A stretch of 64,000 nt of DNA from Octopus sinensis. Lineage: Eukaryota. The DNA lies in assembly GCF_006345805.1 (NCBI RefSeq), contig NC_043006.1, positions 68,076,001 to 68,140,000 on the forward strand, read 5' to 3'. Both the position numbers and the translations under genes were made by a program. The notes below the pieces were generated by a model. That model was given only the letters and a program-made list of their open reading frames with translations. It was not told where the DNA came from and ran no database searches. Shown here in pieces: positions 13,883 through 27,019 of this stretch (position 1 is its first letter; each line of letters opens with the position of its first letter).

Positions 13883-14959
13883 TTTATATATAAACAAGCA
13901 AATTGGCTATTTCAAAAATCTCTATAAGAAATGAAAGTAGTAACTATACTGAGAAGTAATGTTTATCACCACACCAATTTGGCTGTTTGATGTTAGTACC
14001 ATTTTTAACCTCAAGAAGAGCCACCTCCAGCTGGTTATTGATGCAGTCGGTACCTGGTATATATTGCAAGCAGGAGTGCAAACCCCTACCATCTTCTAGC
14101 AGACAACAGGATCACCAGACCAAACAGTTTCAGACTATTTGTGCTATGACATGTATCTTTCATCTGGTTTCAGTTCTCGGTTGAAATAGTTTTATTTTAG
14201 TCAGGTTGCAAATGGCATTTGGAAAGTCATGAATACTACTGCAATGTTATGCATTCCCTCTCTTATAATCCAGTCTTGACTTAGGATCTATTTTTCTATA
14301 TTTACTTTATTTTTCCAAATTCTGTTTTTTTTTTCATCTTTTAATCAAATTGATTGAATTAAAAGACTTCTCTGTATTTCCTTCCTTTCCCACTCTTCAC
14401 TTGAACAACAAGTTCTTTCTGTCAACATACCTGAACATATATTGCTCTGCCATCTTTCCTATTTTCACTTAACACCAATAATTTTCTCTTACTTGCATTT
14501 TCAATATTCTAATTGATTCAGTTTTACTTTTTCTTTTTATTCAACATAAATATCTTTTATTTTTTTTAAAGTTCTTTTCTTTATTTTGTATTAAATATTT
14601 CTTGATTTCAGAATTCTTTAGTGACTGTTTCTATCTTCCTTTGTATTTGATCAAAACAGCATTATTTCATTAGTTTACCAAATATCTTGAAATTGTACTA
14701 TCAGGCAATAACTGTTTATCAATACTGTTTCTTGTATTACTAGCTGCGACAACTTACCAGTGCGATTGATCTTAGCATTTGTTGTAATGTTTTATTGAAT
14801 CATTAACCTTATATTGAATGGCTAATGGAAGTTTGTAGTATTCGTGTTTTTACAAGGGACATTATTGATTTTAAGTGTTTTCTATATACCATGGTGTTTA
14901 TCTACCATATTTCTGTAAATTATTTTTTATCTGCTGTTGGTAAGAATCAAAATCAAGTT

Positions 14960-15136
14960 ATTGCAATGTGCAGGTGGCACATAAAAAGCATCCAGCACAC
15001 TCTGGAAAGTGGTTGGTGTTAGGAAGGGTGTCCAACCATTGAAACCCTGCCAAAGCAGACAATTGAAGTTTGGACAGCCCCTGTCAAACCATCCAACCCA
15101 TGCCAACATGGAAAATGGACGTTAAACAATGATGAA
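14960..15136 (+). mobile_element. (GAT)n-tailed LINE-3'-end/SINE family E; other copies ~15748-15800, 19520-19715, 21560-21680, 23915-24355, 29340-29486, 29520-29850, 30200-30496, 32795-33140, 35184-35530, 38005-38240, 40860-40950, 48535-48760, 50455-50800
   Basis: Shared core CATCATCATCGTTTAACGTCCGTTTTCCATGCTGGCATGGGTTGG...CAGCTGGATGCCCTTCCTAACGCCAACCAC in both orientations. Confidence 0.9.
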
Positions 15137-16094
15137 CTGAGTGAAAATTTCAGCTAATATTTTGTATTTTCTGGTGTAAATTGAATGTGTGTTTTATTGA
15201 GGAGCTGTAGCAAGACTCCTATTCATCAAGTTGCAAATCAATATAGTTATCAATTTGTGTAGTGCATGAAACCAGTTCCATAATAATTCACAATATTGAA
15301 TAAATCTACTTACTTAGACCAGGACTTTTTAATATATTTGAGAATGCCAAGCTGCTATATCATAGTATATGACACCCCAGCTAGATTATACAATATGTGG
15401 AATTCCTGTCATATGAGTTGCAGTATGCAGTGCACCCAAATATATATAATATTCTGTGTCACCTCATATCATATTCTACTCCTGGCCATCTTGTTACAAG
15501 TTACATACATTATACTCTGTCCTCTCCTGTCTATACACCATATTACATGACATCTATGGATCATATTGTGTGCAATGTCATGTCACATAAACAACATTCT
15601 GTGTTACACATGATACGCATTTTATTCTGTAGTGCTCACTTAGGTCAAATTATCTAATGCTTCACCTTGTATATATTACATTCAGTGATATTCCAGCTGA
15701 CATGTAGCATATTTTGTAAAACCACTCCTTAATTTATAACTTATAAATCATCATCATCATCATCATCGTTTAACATCCGCTTTCCATGCTGGCATGGGTT
15801 CCAATTTAATACTAAGTTGTTGTAAATCTAATAATATTGCAGTACTTTTGACAGTGTGGACAATAAGATTCAAATTTTGAAGTCTCAGCTACTGGCACTG
15901 TGATAGGTTCTTGAAATATTCAAACCAAACAATTACCCACCTGCTGCCACTGCTGTATAGTGTCATGTTTCTTTTTGCAAAAGTATGAATACTACAAATG
16001 TATGCATGTATGTCCTCTTTTTCCTTTTGATTTAGAAGAAACTTTGACTGGCCACCTGCTTGGTAGCAAAGTTGTGAAGAAAAGCCTCATTTTA

Positions 16095-16405
16095 TTTATC
16101 ATCCTTTAAATTCTAAGAAGGTCTCACAGATTTTTGAAGTCCCAGATAGTGTGATCATTTATAGTGAATGCATTTTTTCCCTGAGAACCCAAGTTCAGCT
16201 ATATATTGTCCCAGACAGGTTGGCATGTATCCTGATACTCCATTGATAATAGGTATGAAACTGAAAGTGTGTCTTGGCTACTGGATTTGTAAATTCTTTA
16301 TCAATAGCCCGTAGTTGTCCTTTTCCTTTTGTATATTTTTAACCACATGGTGTCCAGTGGGTCGCTGATTTCCACAACAAAACATATCTTTTTCTGGTAT
16401 TCACC
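16095..16405 (-). mobile_element. 3' end of an RLE-type (R2 superfamily, R4/Dong-like) non-LTR retrotransposon
   Basis: KICFVVEISDPLD / NVVKNIQKEKDNYGLLIKNLQ / FSFIPIINGVSG / ELGFS / SGTSKICETFLEFKG*, matching the restriction-like endonuclease C-terminus; AATAAA just after the stop. Confidence 0.7.
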
Positions 16406-16745
16406 CTCAGGGAGAGTGTTTCTCCTTGGTTATGGCATAATTTATTAGCATTTCAGGATATTTCTGTTTATGAAAGAACATATTTAGTTCTACCAGTCAT
16501 TTCCCTTATTTGTGTCTGTAACTATTTAGCATAAACAGTTTGCCAAGTTGAATGGTATGTTTCTTTTCTTGCGGGAAGGGTGGTAAAATTTAAAATCTAA
16601 GTATTGGTGTGTGTCTGTGTCCTTGCAGTAGAAATTGGCTATAACTGTCTCATCTCATAGAATGTCCAGAGAAGGATTCCCTTTCATTCGTTCATTACCA
16701 TATTGAAGTGGGTTGATTCATGAATGCTGCTTATTAATTTAAGGA
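16406..16745 (-). mobile_element. Penelope-like element reverse-transcriptase (thumb) remnant
   Basis: SIHESTHFNM / LDIL / FYCKDTDTHQYLDFKFYHPSRKKRNIPFNLA / QKYPEMLINYAITK, resembling PLE RT motifs YRKPTHTDQYLHFDSHHP and RGYP..LI. Confidence 0.75.
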
Positions 16746-16795
16746 ATCTTGCAAGGTCCTCTCTCACACACTTTGTGTTTCTATATATATATATA

Positions 16796-17184
16796 GGCGT
16801 AGGAGTGGCTGTGTGGTAAGTAACTTGCTTACCAACCACATGGTTCCGGGTTCAGTCCCACTGCGTGGCACCTTGGCAAGTGTCTTCTACTATAGCCTCA
16901 GGCCGACCAAAGCCTTGTGAGTGGATTTGGTAGACAGAAAACAGAAAGAAGCCCATCATATATATATATATATATATGTGTTTGTGTGTATCTGTGTTTG
17001 TCCCCCCAACATCGCTTGACAACTGATGGTGGAGTGTTTACGTCCCCGTAACTTAGCGGTTCGGCAAAACAGACCGATAGAATAAGTACTAGGCTTACAA
17101 AGTATAAGTCCTGGGGTCGATTTGCTCGACTAAAGGTGGTGCTCCAGTATGGCCACAGTCAAATGACTGAAACAAGTAAAAGAG
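16796..17184 (+). mobile_element. tRNA-derived SINE family A, full-length (other + copies: 39036-39423, 54621-54983; partial 36908-37035, 59020-59175, 62176-62232)
   Basis: A-box TGGCTGTGTGG, B-box GGTTCAGTCCC, central (TA)/(TG) tract, tail ...CAAATGACTGAAACAAGTAAAAGAG. Confidence 0.92.
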
Positions 17185-18266
17185 TATATTTATGCATTTG
17201 TGTGTGTGTCCTGTTTTTATGTATTTCATGTTGTTTGCACAGTTGGTGACATCCTGTTCCCATATATGCATTTGTGTGTATATATATATATTATTTATTA
17301 TTATTATTTAATTGAACACCACACATCCATTTCCAAGTATATATATATATATATAATCTGTATATATAAGTTTTATGTCTGTGCGTGTGTATATATATGT
17401 ATGTGTGTATATATAAGCTTAATATGTGTGTGTGAGTATATACATACATACATACATATATATATATATAAAATACACCTGCTTGTTGTTTTGTCACCTG
17501 TCTTCATCTTTTATTTTTTGTCAGTTTGAATTATATATATAATATATATACATATATATATACACACACATTAAGCTTGATGTTGTAAATACTTATTCAG
17601 AATTTACAAATGAACTGATGTTTCTTTTGTCTCTAAAGTCCTTTGGGTTGCACTTCTTAAAACCACATGTTAATGCATGGTATGAGAGTGAGGGTACATA
17701 AAGTGGCAATCTAAGGTGCAGTATTAGCTTGACTGAAAAAGTCTTTCTGATCTGTTTTAGTTCTAGTAAAGTAGAGACTCACACATGTACACATGCACAA
17801 TTGTCTGAACATGTAAAATCATTAAGAATTGGTTTGTAAATATTAATCAGAATGGGTCCATAGAATTCTAAAAACCACCCCTTAATTCTTTGACCTCTAA
17901 AGTGTGAGACAACAACCTAGAGAAACTTAGATCATTCAGTCTAGCTTCATCATATTCACAAAATTTTAATGATACAACAGTTTAAGAATGGTAGATTTAA
18001 TCTGTCACCCATTTTAACCCCCTTCACCCTAACCCTTCTCTCTCTCTCTCTCTTGCTCTTGCTCGCTCGCTCGCTTTCACTCACTCACTCATTAACTAAC
18101 TAAGCCATTTCAAAAACAGAATGTTATGTTTCCAAATATAAGATTACCAAACATTTGATACCAGATCTACTAAGTTCTGACATCATTTGTAGAGAATTGC
18201 ATTTCTAAATTTGTTCTTTTTTCTGTTTTTTTTAAAGTTTTTTTATTTATTATTTTTTTTTTTTAG

Positions 18267-18317
18267 AGTCCTGAGAAAGTGCAGCCATTAATGGGAACAG
18301 CATTTGATATTTGTAAG
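18267..18317 (+). CDS. ARHGAP12/15-like: RhoGAP gene exon (SPEKVQPLMGTAFDICK)
   Basis: Long poly-T tract + ag, 51 bp phase 0-0, donor gtgagt; in frame with the PH-domain exon. Confidence 0.8.
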
Positions 18318-18899
18318 GTGAGTTGTTGTTGTTCTCATTGTTGTGCCCCAGGTCAATCCTGAGTACATGGAGCCATCTATTAAGTACATTCAAGTCATGA
18401 TCATTCTGGGTATTTTTTTTGCAGATATGTCTGAGGTCACATCATTCAATGTCTCCCTTTTCAAGGTAATGAGCTGTGATGTGAGGGAGATTTAGCTACT
18501 AATTTTGCTAACCTGATCAACTATATAGATACTCCTTCATAGGTTCATATAATGTGAGTTTTATGAATTAGAATTAGTTGGATTCTGTTAGAGAAATTAG
18601 ATTTGGTATAGTAGTTACAGTAACGAAATATGGTATACTATCTACATTATAATAATGTTGCAGTAATTAAACAAGATAAAGTACATATGGAAGTTGGGGT
18701 AATGGTGTAGATGGTATTTTCCGTCACCCATCTTGCCATCATTTTTCGCATTATTGCACCATCCAGCTGCTGTAATTGCATGAGAGCAGGACTACATATT
18801 TCATTTCCTTTTTCTGCGACCACTACCTTTTCAGATTCATCCCTGATACATGACATCATCTCTTGCCTGTTTGTTATTCATTGAACCGACAGTTATCTT

Positions 18900-19520
18900 G
18901 TCCTGAGCTACATCTTATTACTTCCCTATGTCATTATTAGTACCATCCAGTATCTACTATTGACCCCCCCCACCTTTATTTGCCACTCACTATATCCACT
19001 CCTATTTACCACTGGTCTCTATCCTTGTCACTGTACATCTGTTTACCCACCGCCATTACTTCACTCATTCACTCACCCTACACATCACCTTATTTCTCAT
19101 CTATCTACAGTTTGTTATTCTGTAACTCTCTTTGCTTTTTGTACTGCAACTCGTCACCTCCTCCTTCCTGAGCTGCCTGTTTTCCTTATCATCTTCCCTT
19201 AAATCCTTATTTACCATCAACAATGCTCCCACTCTGTATTCACTACATTCATCTCTACCACCATCTCTAACTGTCTGTCATCTCCTCTCACACTCTGGCT
19301 GACTTACCCATCCATCCTTCCCGATCTTCTGTGCTCGTTCTCTCTTTACTTATCCTCTTGTGCATAGAGAGCACATGCTGACACTTGTTACCACCATCCT
19401 TATCACTCCATCTACTCCTAGCCACCTTATATAGTGCCAAGTAGCCATATATCTGCACTACAACAGCACCAGGCATAAAGCTACCTTCCTCTTTACTTCA
19501 TTTCACTCAATCAAGGGATG
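18900..19520 (+). mobile_element. Pyrimidine-rich LINE 3'-region remnant leading into a family E end (similar tracts in reverse at ~4740-4930 and ~48760-49170)
   Basis: CT-rich tract contiguous with the family E core; assignment to a LINE is inference. Confidence 0.45.
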
Positions 19521-20075
19521 TTTTTTTGTCTTGCAAATTACTTGGCAACCCCACCAGTGCTGGAGCCTTGATATAAAGAAAAAAAAAAGCACCCAATACA
19601 CTCTGAGAAGTGGCTGACATTATAAAGGTTATCCAACTGTAGATGTCTTGGCAAAGCAGTCATCAAAGCTCCGTGAAGTCCTCCAACTCATCAGACCCTC
19701 TGAAATTGTCTAGCTCATGTTGGATGATTTCGCAGGATTTAATGATATATATGTGTGTGCATGTATATTGTATATATGTTGATTATTCATACATATATGT
19801 GTTTATGCACATGTTTAAATCAATAATGGATTGCTGATGAATTTGTGCATCAAACAGAACTACCTTGTAGAATTCTAAGCAAGTTACATACTTTTATTAC
19901 AAGGAGAACTTTACCATTTGACAAATGGAGCTTGATAAAATAAGTCCCAGATAAAGTACTAGTATCAGTGTAGTCAGCTATAAAACCTTTGAAGGAAGTA
20001 CCCTAGCATGGTTGCTGTTCAAAACTGAAAGTAGTAAAGAAATAACTCAATTTATATTAATGCATATTGATATAT

Positions 20076-20390
20076 GTGGAGGCGCAATGGCCCGGTGGTT
20101 AGGGTAGCAGACTCGTGGTTGTAGGATTGGGTTTTTGATTCCCAGACCGGGCATTGTGAGTGTTTATTGAGCGAAAACACCCAAAGCTCCATGACGCTCC
20201 GGCAGGGGGTGGTGGCAATCTCTGCTGTACTCTTTCACCACAACTTCCTGTTACTTTCTCTTCTGTTGGTCTGCTCGCTTAGCCAGCAGGGTGGCGTCAT
20301 TTGAAGGCTAAAACAATGTGAAGCACGTTGTGACCAGCAATGTGTAGCAATATTTGTTAGCCTGGTCAGTCACGGTGATCATGGTGATAT
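20076..20390 (+). mobile_element. tRNA-derived SINE family D (other copies 39985-40322 -, partial 24565-24805 +)
   Basis: Head GGAGGCGCAATGGCCCGGTGGTTAGGG...GATTCCC; body recurs elsewhere in the window. Confidence 0.8.
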
Positions 20391-20617
20391 TGGTATATAT
20401 TAAATGTATATTAATGTTGTAAAGTCATATAAGATGGTTTCACTGTTTATATGTCTGAGATCAAAACCTAAGTTCAGTTTTCTAATATTGTCTCCCTACA
20501 TGGGGTTAACAGCTCAATTCAACATTTTCTATAACTTTTCTGAAGTCTTGATTACTCAATTTTTTTGTCTTTTTTGCTTCTTTTGTTTCTTAAAAAATTT
20601 TTTTTATTACTTTGCAG

Positions 20618-20673
20618 AACAAGACGGGAATCTTAAACAAAACAAAAATTATGGAAAATGGGAAAAAAGTTGG
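20618..20673 (+). CDS. ARHGAP12/15-like: RhoGAP gene exon, PH domain start (NKTGILNKTKIMENGKKVG)
   Basis: tttgcag acceptor, gttagt donor, phase 0-2; matches the ARHGAP12/15 PH beta1 pattern (G.LNKTKI.ENGKK). Confidence 0.9.
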
Positions 20674-20935
20674 GTTAGTATTGCACTATTTCCTGTTTGT
20701 TTAATTTTATTTTACTCTAGAATCAAAGAGGTGAAGAACAATACCTATGACACTTTAATTTTTTCAGGGCTTCTGAGACTGGTGGGAAGAAGATATCCTT
20801 AGGCTAGAGACATGGGCAAAATACTTGCAACAGAGTGAACTTCACTAAAGGTGCCCCAAGGACCACATGCTGGTGTTAGACCAGGCATTGGATTAAGTCT
20901 AACCCAAGAATTCAGAATGCAAAGTGTTGGCACAA

Positions 20936-20984
<49 letters not shown>

Positions 20985-22007
20985 ATCAGTTTTGAGATTT
21001 TGACAACTCTGCCTTAAACTGTTGTTTTATTTTGTCAACCATGGAAGGATGAAAGGCAGAGTTGACCTTAGTTGAATTTTGAACTCAAAGTACAAAGAGC
21101 TGAAACAAATTACTTCAAGTTATTTTGTTGTTGCCAATTCACTTCCACTTTCACACTGCTATCCTTGATTTTAGCTTAAGCAGGAGGACTCAGAGGAGAA
21201 ACAAGAAGTTATTATATATCTTATAAAAAATAAAATTCCCAAACACATCTTAACCAAGAACAAACTGTCAACAACAACTTAATGAAGTGCAGACATATAT
21301 ATCAATTTATATTTTCAAGATAAACATGATTTATTGAGTGTCTAATATATCATTTATTCATGCAGCCTGTCTTATCTGCCAAGTTGACTCATTTTTCCAA
21401 TGGCTACACTTCCTTCATTGCTACTAGTTATAAGCCCTATAGATTAACAATATTGGTAGAATGTTGGACAAAATTATTGGAAGTATTTAGTTTTTACTTC
21501 TTTATATTCTAACTTGAAATTCTGCTAAAAATGTTTTTGCTTTTCATCATTTTTGGGATCATCATTGTCATCATTTAACATCTGCTTTCCATGCTGGCAT
21601 GGGTTGGATGGTTTGACTGAGGACTGGCGAGCCAGATGGCTGCACCAGGCTCTAATCTGATCTGGCATATCAGATGATGATAAAAGGATGATAAAGGGAT
21701 GATTAAGGGATGATAAAAGGAATGTCACTCTGACATTGAGGGTGACTAAACAGAGTGTTTTGTCCTCTAAAGTTTTGACCTTTGTCCTCACAATTTCTAA
21801 TGTTCTTAGCTTACAATCTCACAGCCATAGCATTACAAAAAAGCTGACTGTTCTCTTCAGAGCCAAAAATAGACCAAGCAACTGAGAGAATAAATGTTCT
21901 CTGCAGAACCAATATGGTTTTGTTTTATCTTGTTTTCAACAATCTCAAAATCCAACGAGCCACTTGTCTACACATTGTTGCCATCTGAATACTTTGCATG
22001 CAGAATT

Positions 22008-22212
22008 AAGGTGGTGAGCTGGTAGAATTATTAACATTGGGCAAAATTCTTAGCTGTATTTTGTCAGTCTGAGTTCAAATTCCACTGAGGTTGATTTTTA
22101 CTTTTTGTGTTTTTGGAGTTAATAAGAACCAGTTGAGCACTGGGGTCAATGTAATCAACTTAACCCCTCACCCAAAATTGCTGGTTTTGTACCAAAACTT
22201 CAAACCAATATT
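22008..22212 (+). mobile_element. SINE family B (other copies 38362-38572 +, 42020-42210 +, partial 21040-21130 -)
   Basis: AAGGTGGTGAGCTGG...CTGAGTTCAAATTCC.CTGAGGT.GA...ACCAGT...ACTGGGGT core recurs. Confidence 0.75.
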
Positions 22213-22777
22213 ATGTATACAGAATGATGATCCAGCTGTGATTGTAACTTTGAGATTGCAATATCCACTGGTCCTATGTATTCTGATTGCAATCTGTGGG
22301 CTGATAGTAGTGTGCTTTGAATATCTCAGCATTGAACTGCATGTTTTTTTTTTTCAGCTCACTTCTATATTGTGTTTAGGTCTTGCTGTAATTTTGTATT
22401 ATCATGAGGGTTTTTCACTGCTAGTGTTACTTTTGTTTTGTCAGTATAACTGTAATAGTAGCTGACTGTATGACTGAGAGCATGTCTGAGAAAGCCACCA
22501 CAAAAAACAGTGGTCCCTATACAGTTCCTTGAGGGACTCTACTTAGAAGTTATATTTCTTCAGAGAGAGCACTGTTGGCTGCAAGTGGTTGACTCCTATT
22601 TCTGTTTTGTCGTAAACTAATGATGAATTTATTTGCTACTATGAGTCATGTAATGTTGTTTTGTCTTACTGGTATTGAGCTTTGGAATACTTGATGCCAG
22701 TTTTTCATTGTTTTACATTGCTTTCCATGCTAAAACGAGTTAGAATGTCAGTATTTTTTCCACTAATCTCTCTACAG

Positions 22778-22961
22778 GAAAAAGTGGAGTCAATCATATG
22801 TGAAGATATTTGGTTCCAATATTGCATTTTACAAAGATCAACGTGCTGCTGCAGTCGGACCCGGTGCCAAAAATGGAAATCCTGAACAAATTATATTCCT
22901 TGGTGGAGCCAAGTGTTCTCATGCTTCAAAAGATATCTCAAGCAAGAAGAATGTTCTCCTT
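22778..22961 (+). CDS. ARHGAP12/15-like: RhoGAP gene exon, PH domain (KKWSQSYVKIFGSNIAFYKD...SKDISSKKNVLL)
   Basis: ctctacag acceptor, gtaagt donor, 184 bp phase 2-0; SKDxSSKKNV is characteristic of this family. Confidence 0.95.
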
Positions 22962-23707
22962 GTAAGTTTTGGTCAGCATTATTTCTTTACTTCAAATAGA
23001 TGGTTCATAAAAGTCACTTTCATGTATCTTACAGAATATGATAGTTGCTTTGACCAAGTCTCTGTCAGTTTCCACCACTAAATCTGATACAACTGTATAG
23101 CTGACATTTTTTTTTTATATGTTGAACATACAATAGAAGTTGAAGTGATAGTAAATATAGCTACCCCTGAAATAACCAATAACAACAACCAGATACTGAA
23201 CAAAACATGAGTAAAAGGAATGGAAACCATTCAAATGTTTCTAAATATAAGTGATTATTTATAACCAGTTTCTTTCAACAGATTTAACCTTTATTCTGCT
23301 CTCTACATGCTTTGAGCATATGCAGTGAATCTGCATAAAGAAATGATCCTCTTTCTACAAATTAACTTTCTTATCTTGCAAAAATATAATTGAACTTGTA
23401 CGACAGAATGGGCCGACATTAAGAAAACCATGCATTTGCAGATGACTAACATTTTCCTGGCCTTAACCCTAAGTCATATGGAAAAATCTGATTCCAGGAT
23501 ACCAAAAGAGTACTTTATACACTAATTATTTGATATTCTTGTCTACAAGATATTAAGATCATGAATATACATTACTAGTGTGATAGTACTATATACTAAT
23601 GTGTTAGTGCTGTAACAATATGTGGATAGTTATGTCTTTCAGTACTATTCTGTATATTATCAAGTACCTTAATTACTTTAATAATTCATCAAATTATATG
23701 CTTACAG

Positions 23708-23806
23708 CTGGAAGATATACAGAACAACCAAGTTTTATTACAAGCAGATGATAACACAAAAATTCAAGAATGGTTGGTCTACATCAATATGATTATTTCT
23801 GAAATG
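23708..23806 (+). CDS. ARHGAP12/15-like: RhoGAP gene exon, PH C-terminal helix (LEDIQNNQVLLQADDNTKIQEWLVYINMIISEM)
   Basis: cttacag acceptor, gtaaat donor, 99 bp phase 0-0; conserved PH helix Trp. Confidence 0.92.
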
Positions 23807-24352
23807 GTAAATTCTTTTGATATTCTATTGTTTAGGTTCTTTATTTATGCATCTGAACTTTCTGTATGTATGTACGTAATATATATGATGATGATATATA
23901 TATATATATATATATCATCATCGTTATCATTTAACATCCGTTTTCCACACTAGCATGGGTTGGACAGTTTGACCGGGATCTGAAAGCCATGGAGGCTGCA
24001 CCAGGTGTGTGCCACCGGCGCAGGGGCCAGAGTAGGCTGGCAAACGGCCACGATCGGTTGGTGCTTTTACGTGACACCGACACGGACGCCAGTCAGGCGG
24101 TGCTGGCATCTGCCACGTTCAGACGGTGCTTTTTATGTGTCACCGGCACAGGTGTCTTAACTACAATTTCCATTTGAATTTTTATTTTGATGTTGATGTA
24201 CTTGACTCAATAGATCTCCTCAAGAACAGCGGGTCACTCTACGATCCAAGGTTAGCACAGCAAGCTGTCCTGCGAGCCATGAACTCACTTTATTTGTCGG
24301 GTCTTCGAAGTCACAGCATATCTCCAGAGGTCTCGGTCTTTCGTCATAGCCT

Positions 24353-24354
<2 letters not shown>

Positions 24355-24417
<63 letters not shown>
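24355..24417. repeat. (TA)n microsatellite
   Basis: Perfect TA run of about 31 units. Confidence 0.97.
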
Positions 24418-24419
<2 letters not shown>

Positions 24420-25113
24420 TACTTAATTTGAGGCCCCAGAATTTAGTTCAGTATTATCTATACAATTTCAAAGTAAGGTGATTAAAATCAAAATAAGCAA
24501 CAAGGATATTGTTGCTTCTGGATATCCTTATTGCTTATTTTTATATATATATATGTGTGTGTGAGTGTATGTTGAGCAATAACACCTTAAGCTCCACAAG
24601 GCTCTGGCAGGGGTGAGTGGGTATCGATCCCTGCTGTGTTCTTTCACCACAGCTTTCTCTCACTCTTTCTTCCTGTTTCTCTTGTACCCATATTTCAAAG
24701 GGCCAGCCATGTCACACTCTGTTTCATGCTGAATCTCCCCGAGAACTACTTAAGGGTACACGTGCCTGTGGAGTGCTCAGCCACTTGCACAATAGTTAAC
24801 CATAACTATATTCTTTGTTCATCTTAAACATTTATTTCTATTTCAGTTGCCACTAAAATGATGAGTATTTATTATACAAACATTTAATAAATCCATTATG
24901 GAAGCACATCTACAATGTATTTCTGTCTGTCAATCCACCACTTCACTCTTTACATACATACATACATACATATATATATATAGACATATACATATATAGA
25001 GACAGATAGATAAAATGTTAGATAGAAAGATAGATAGATGTAGTGTGTGTGTACATCCTGTCACATCAATTATAGAGGAAATATTGAGTCATGTTTGTTA
25101 TTTTTCTATTCAG

Positions 25114-25249
25114 TCTACACAGGAAGAAAGTCGGTCGCAGTCAAGTTCCTCAAATCAACAGCAACCCTCTCCCGATGCAAGCCAGAAAAGTCCAAAAGGA
25201 ACATCAAAAGAGACCAAACTATTGTTCCCCACCAAAATTAAAGGACGAG
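25114..25249 (+). CDS. ARHGAP12/15-like: RhoGAP gene exon, Ser/Gln-rich linker (STQEESRSQSSSS...PTKIKGR)
   Basis: tttttctattcag acceptor, gtcagt donor, 136 bp phase 0-1, open frame. Confidence 0.85.
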
Positions 25250-25488
25250 GTCAGTTGTAATTTCAGATCAACTATTTTGTTTTATTGTCCAGATTATTCT
25301 TCTGTCGAAGCACCTGGGTGTAAAATGTTGATAAAACCTGTAGAGACATGGATTAGCATTTTGATCAGATGCTTGATTCCATTTCTGCTTCATTGCAAGG
25401 TATCGAAATAAGGAAGGTTGCTTCCACTGACCGTTGAAAATTTTATCAGATATATGAAAGTAGTGTATTTCAAGTTTATTTTGACTGT

Positions 25489-25704
25489 TTAACATTTCGA
25501 TTACTCTGTCAAATGTTATGTTTATATATTTACGTTATTTTGAATTACTCATATGTTCTCTCATAGCTTTGAGATAGCAGTGATGTGACTATTTTTAGAA
25601 TGACATTGTAGTGTAGGTGTGAGGGGCTAGATCTGGCCAGTTTGAATAGTAAGCTGGAAGAATACTTGGGCTGGATATGGCCAATGTAAATGCTAATGGG
25701 TTAA
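25489..25704. mobile_element. piggyBac-like MITE (CCC...GGG ends at TTAA); other copies 31042-31350 and 54469-55058
   Basis: Shared ends TTAACCCTT / AAGGGTTAA and shared body (GATTACTCTGTCAAATG, GGCTGGATATGGCC); superfamily call rests on the TTAA/CCC ends only. Confidence 0.6.
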
Positions 25705-26868
25705 ATATCTAGGTCAGTGTGTGTGTGTGTGTGTGTGTGTAATGGTGGTGGTGGTGGGGGATAATTCCAGGGTGGCAGTTGTGAGGAGGAAGTGTTGGAT
25801 AAAGTATTCAATGTGAGGTGAGAGGGAAGCAGCCAAGAGCTCCAGTAAAGGAATAAGAAGGCAAAATATTTCCTGGTTGTTGACTTGCTGATGTTCAGGT
25901 TTGCTATTTGCCACATCTATATCACAAGTCCGGAAGATTCTGTCTGTCACACTTTTTAACACACTTTGGATACGGGTACCTTTAGCCAGATTTGCTTTGC
26001 TTCATGTACTGCAACCAGGGTCCTAACTGGGCTTATCATGACCTCATAATACATCAACATCCTTTACTCTTCTCTAGGTGCTAAAAGCTAAAACTTAGCC
26101 ATTTGAGTAATTCTCTTTCCTTTTCTCCAAATAATCTGGTTTCATTCATTTCCAAAGTGGATGGGCAGATAACACTAAAAATCTCTTGTGAGACTTCTAC
26201 ATCAATGTACCTGAAGAGACCCAGAGTGATAGGTTGAAACATGTTGTACCTAATAAAAGTCTAATATGAAATCCATTAATTAATAATAATATATATATAT
26301 ATATAAACAGCTGGGCACAGTTTAATACCATAAAGGAAAATTCAATCATCACTAAATGTGACTAAGGGTGTCAAGACACCTACATTGCTAGAAATAGGAG
26401 TAAAATATTCTTTGTGAGTGCAAATGTATACACTTGCATTAAGAAGGGAAGAAACCTCCTTATGACCAAATCAAGAATCTTTCATACACACCTCACATGT
26501 TTGTGTGTGTGTGTACTTGCTTGCATTTGTGTATTTGTTTCTTGCTGCCTTGACTTTGCATGATGTAAACAAGTATCGCAGACATGCAAGCAGTGTTCTT
26601 CATTTTTAATCTTCCATGGAAACATGTCTGGTCAAGTAGAAATATTATCTTTCTTGAAAACAGCTGAGGTTTTAGCAAGTTCGTGACAGGAAGCACAGAT
26701 GTAGAAAAATTGACCTCAGCAAATTCCATCCAATTGAGCATACAAAAGTGGACAATATGATGATGATGAAGATAGTAGTTTAATACCCCCTCCTCACACA
26801 CACACACACATGAGTATGCAACATCCAGGTCGTCTAACTTATGTTGATCAAAACATTTTTCATTACAG

Positions 26869-26991
26869 CTCTGTCTACAAAACGGCAAAAAGGAAAAGAT
26901 GACGAGAAAATGACAATTCGAGAAAAACTAGCCAATCTTTTAACTGGTCGTCCAACAATGGAGTCTCTTGAAGCCAAAGGAATCCTAAAAA
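26869..26991 (+). CDS. ARHGAP12/15-like: RhoGAP gene exon (...IREKLANLLTGRPTMESLEAKGILK)
   Basis: cattacag acceptor, gtatgt donor, 123 bp phase 1-1; matches the pre-GAP RPT/SL..L..KG.IK motif of ARHGAP9/12/15/27. Confidence 0.93.
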
Positions 26992-27019
26992 GTATGTCTT
27001 TTATCAAATATGTTGTTGC

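Noticed and set aside
13987-14450. Possible exon(s), including a minus-strand donor near 14428
   Set aside because: No frame-consistent acceptor/donor pair and no recognisable protein motif.
15296-15657. Overlapping 84/86-aa ORFs
   Set aside because: No homology recognised and no splice signals compatible with the RhoGAP phases.
16796-16870. tRNA-like heads here and at 5691, 20076, 22008
   Set aside because: A/B boxes only, no complete cloverleaf; they continue into dispersed SINE bodies.
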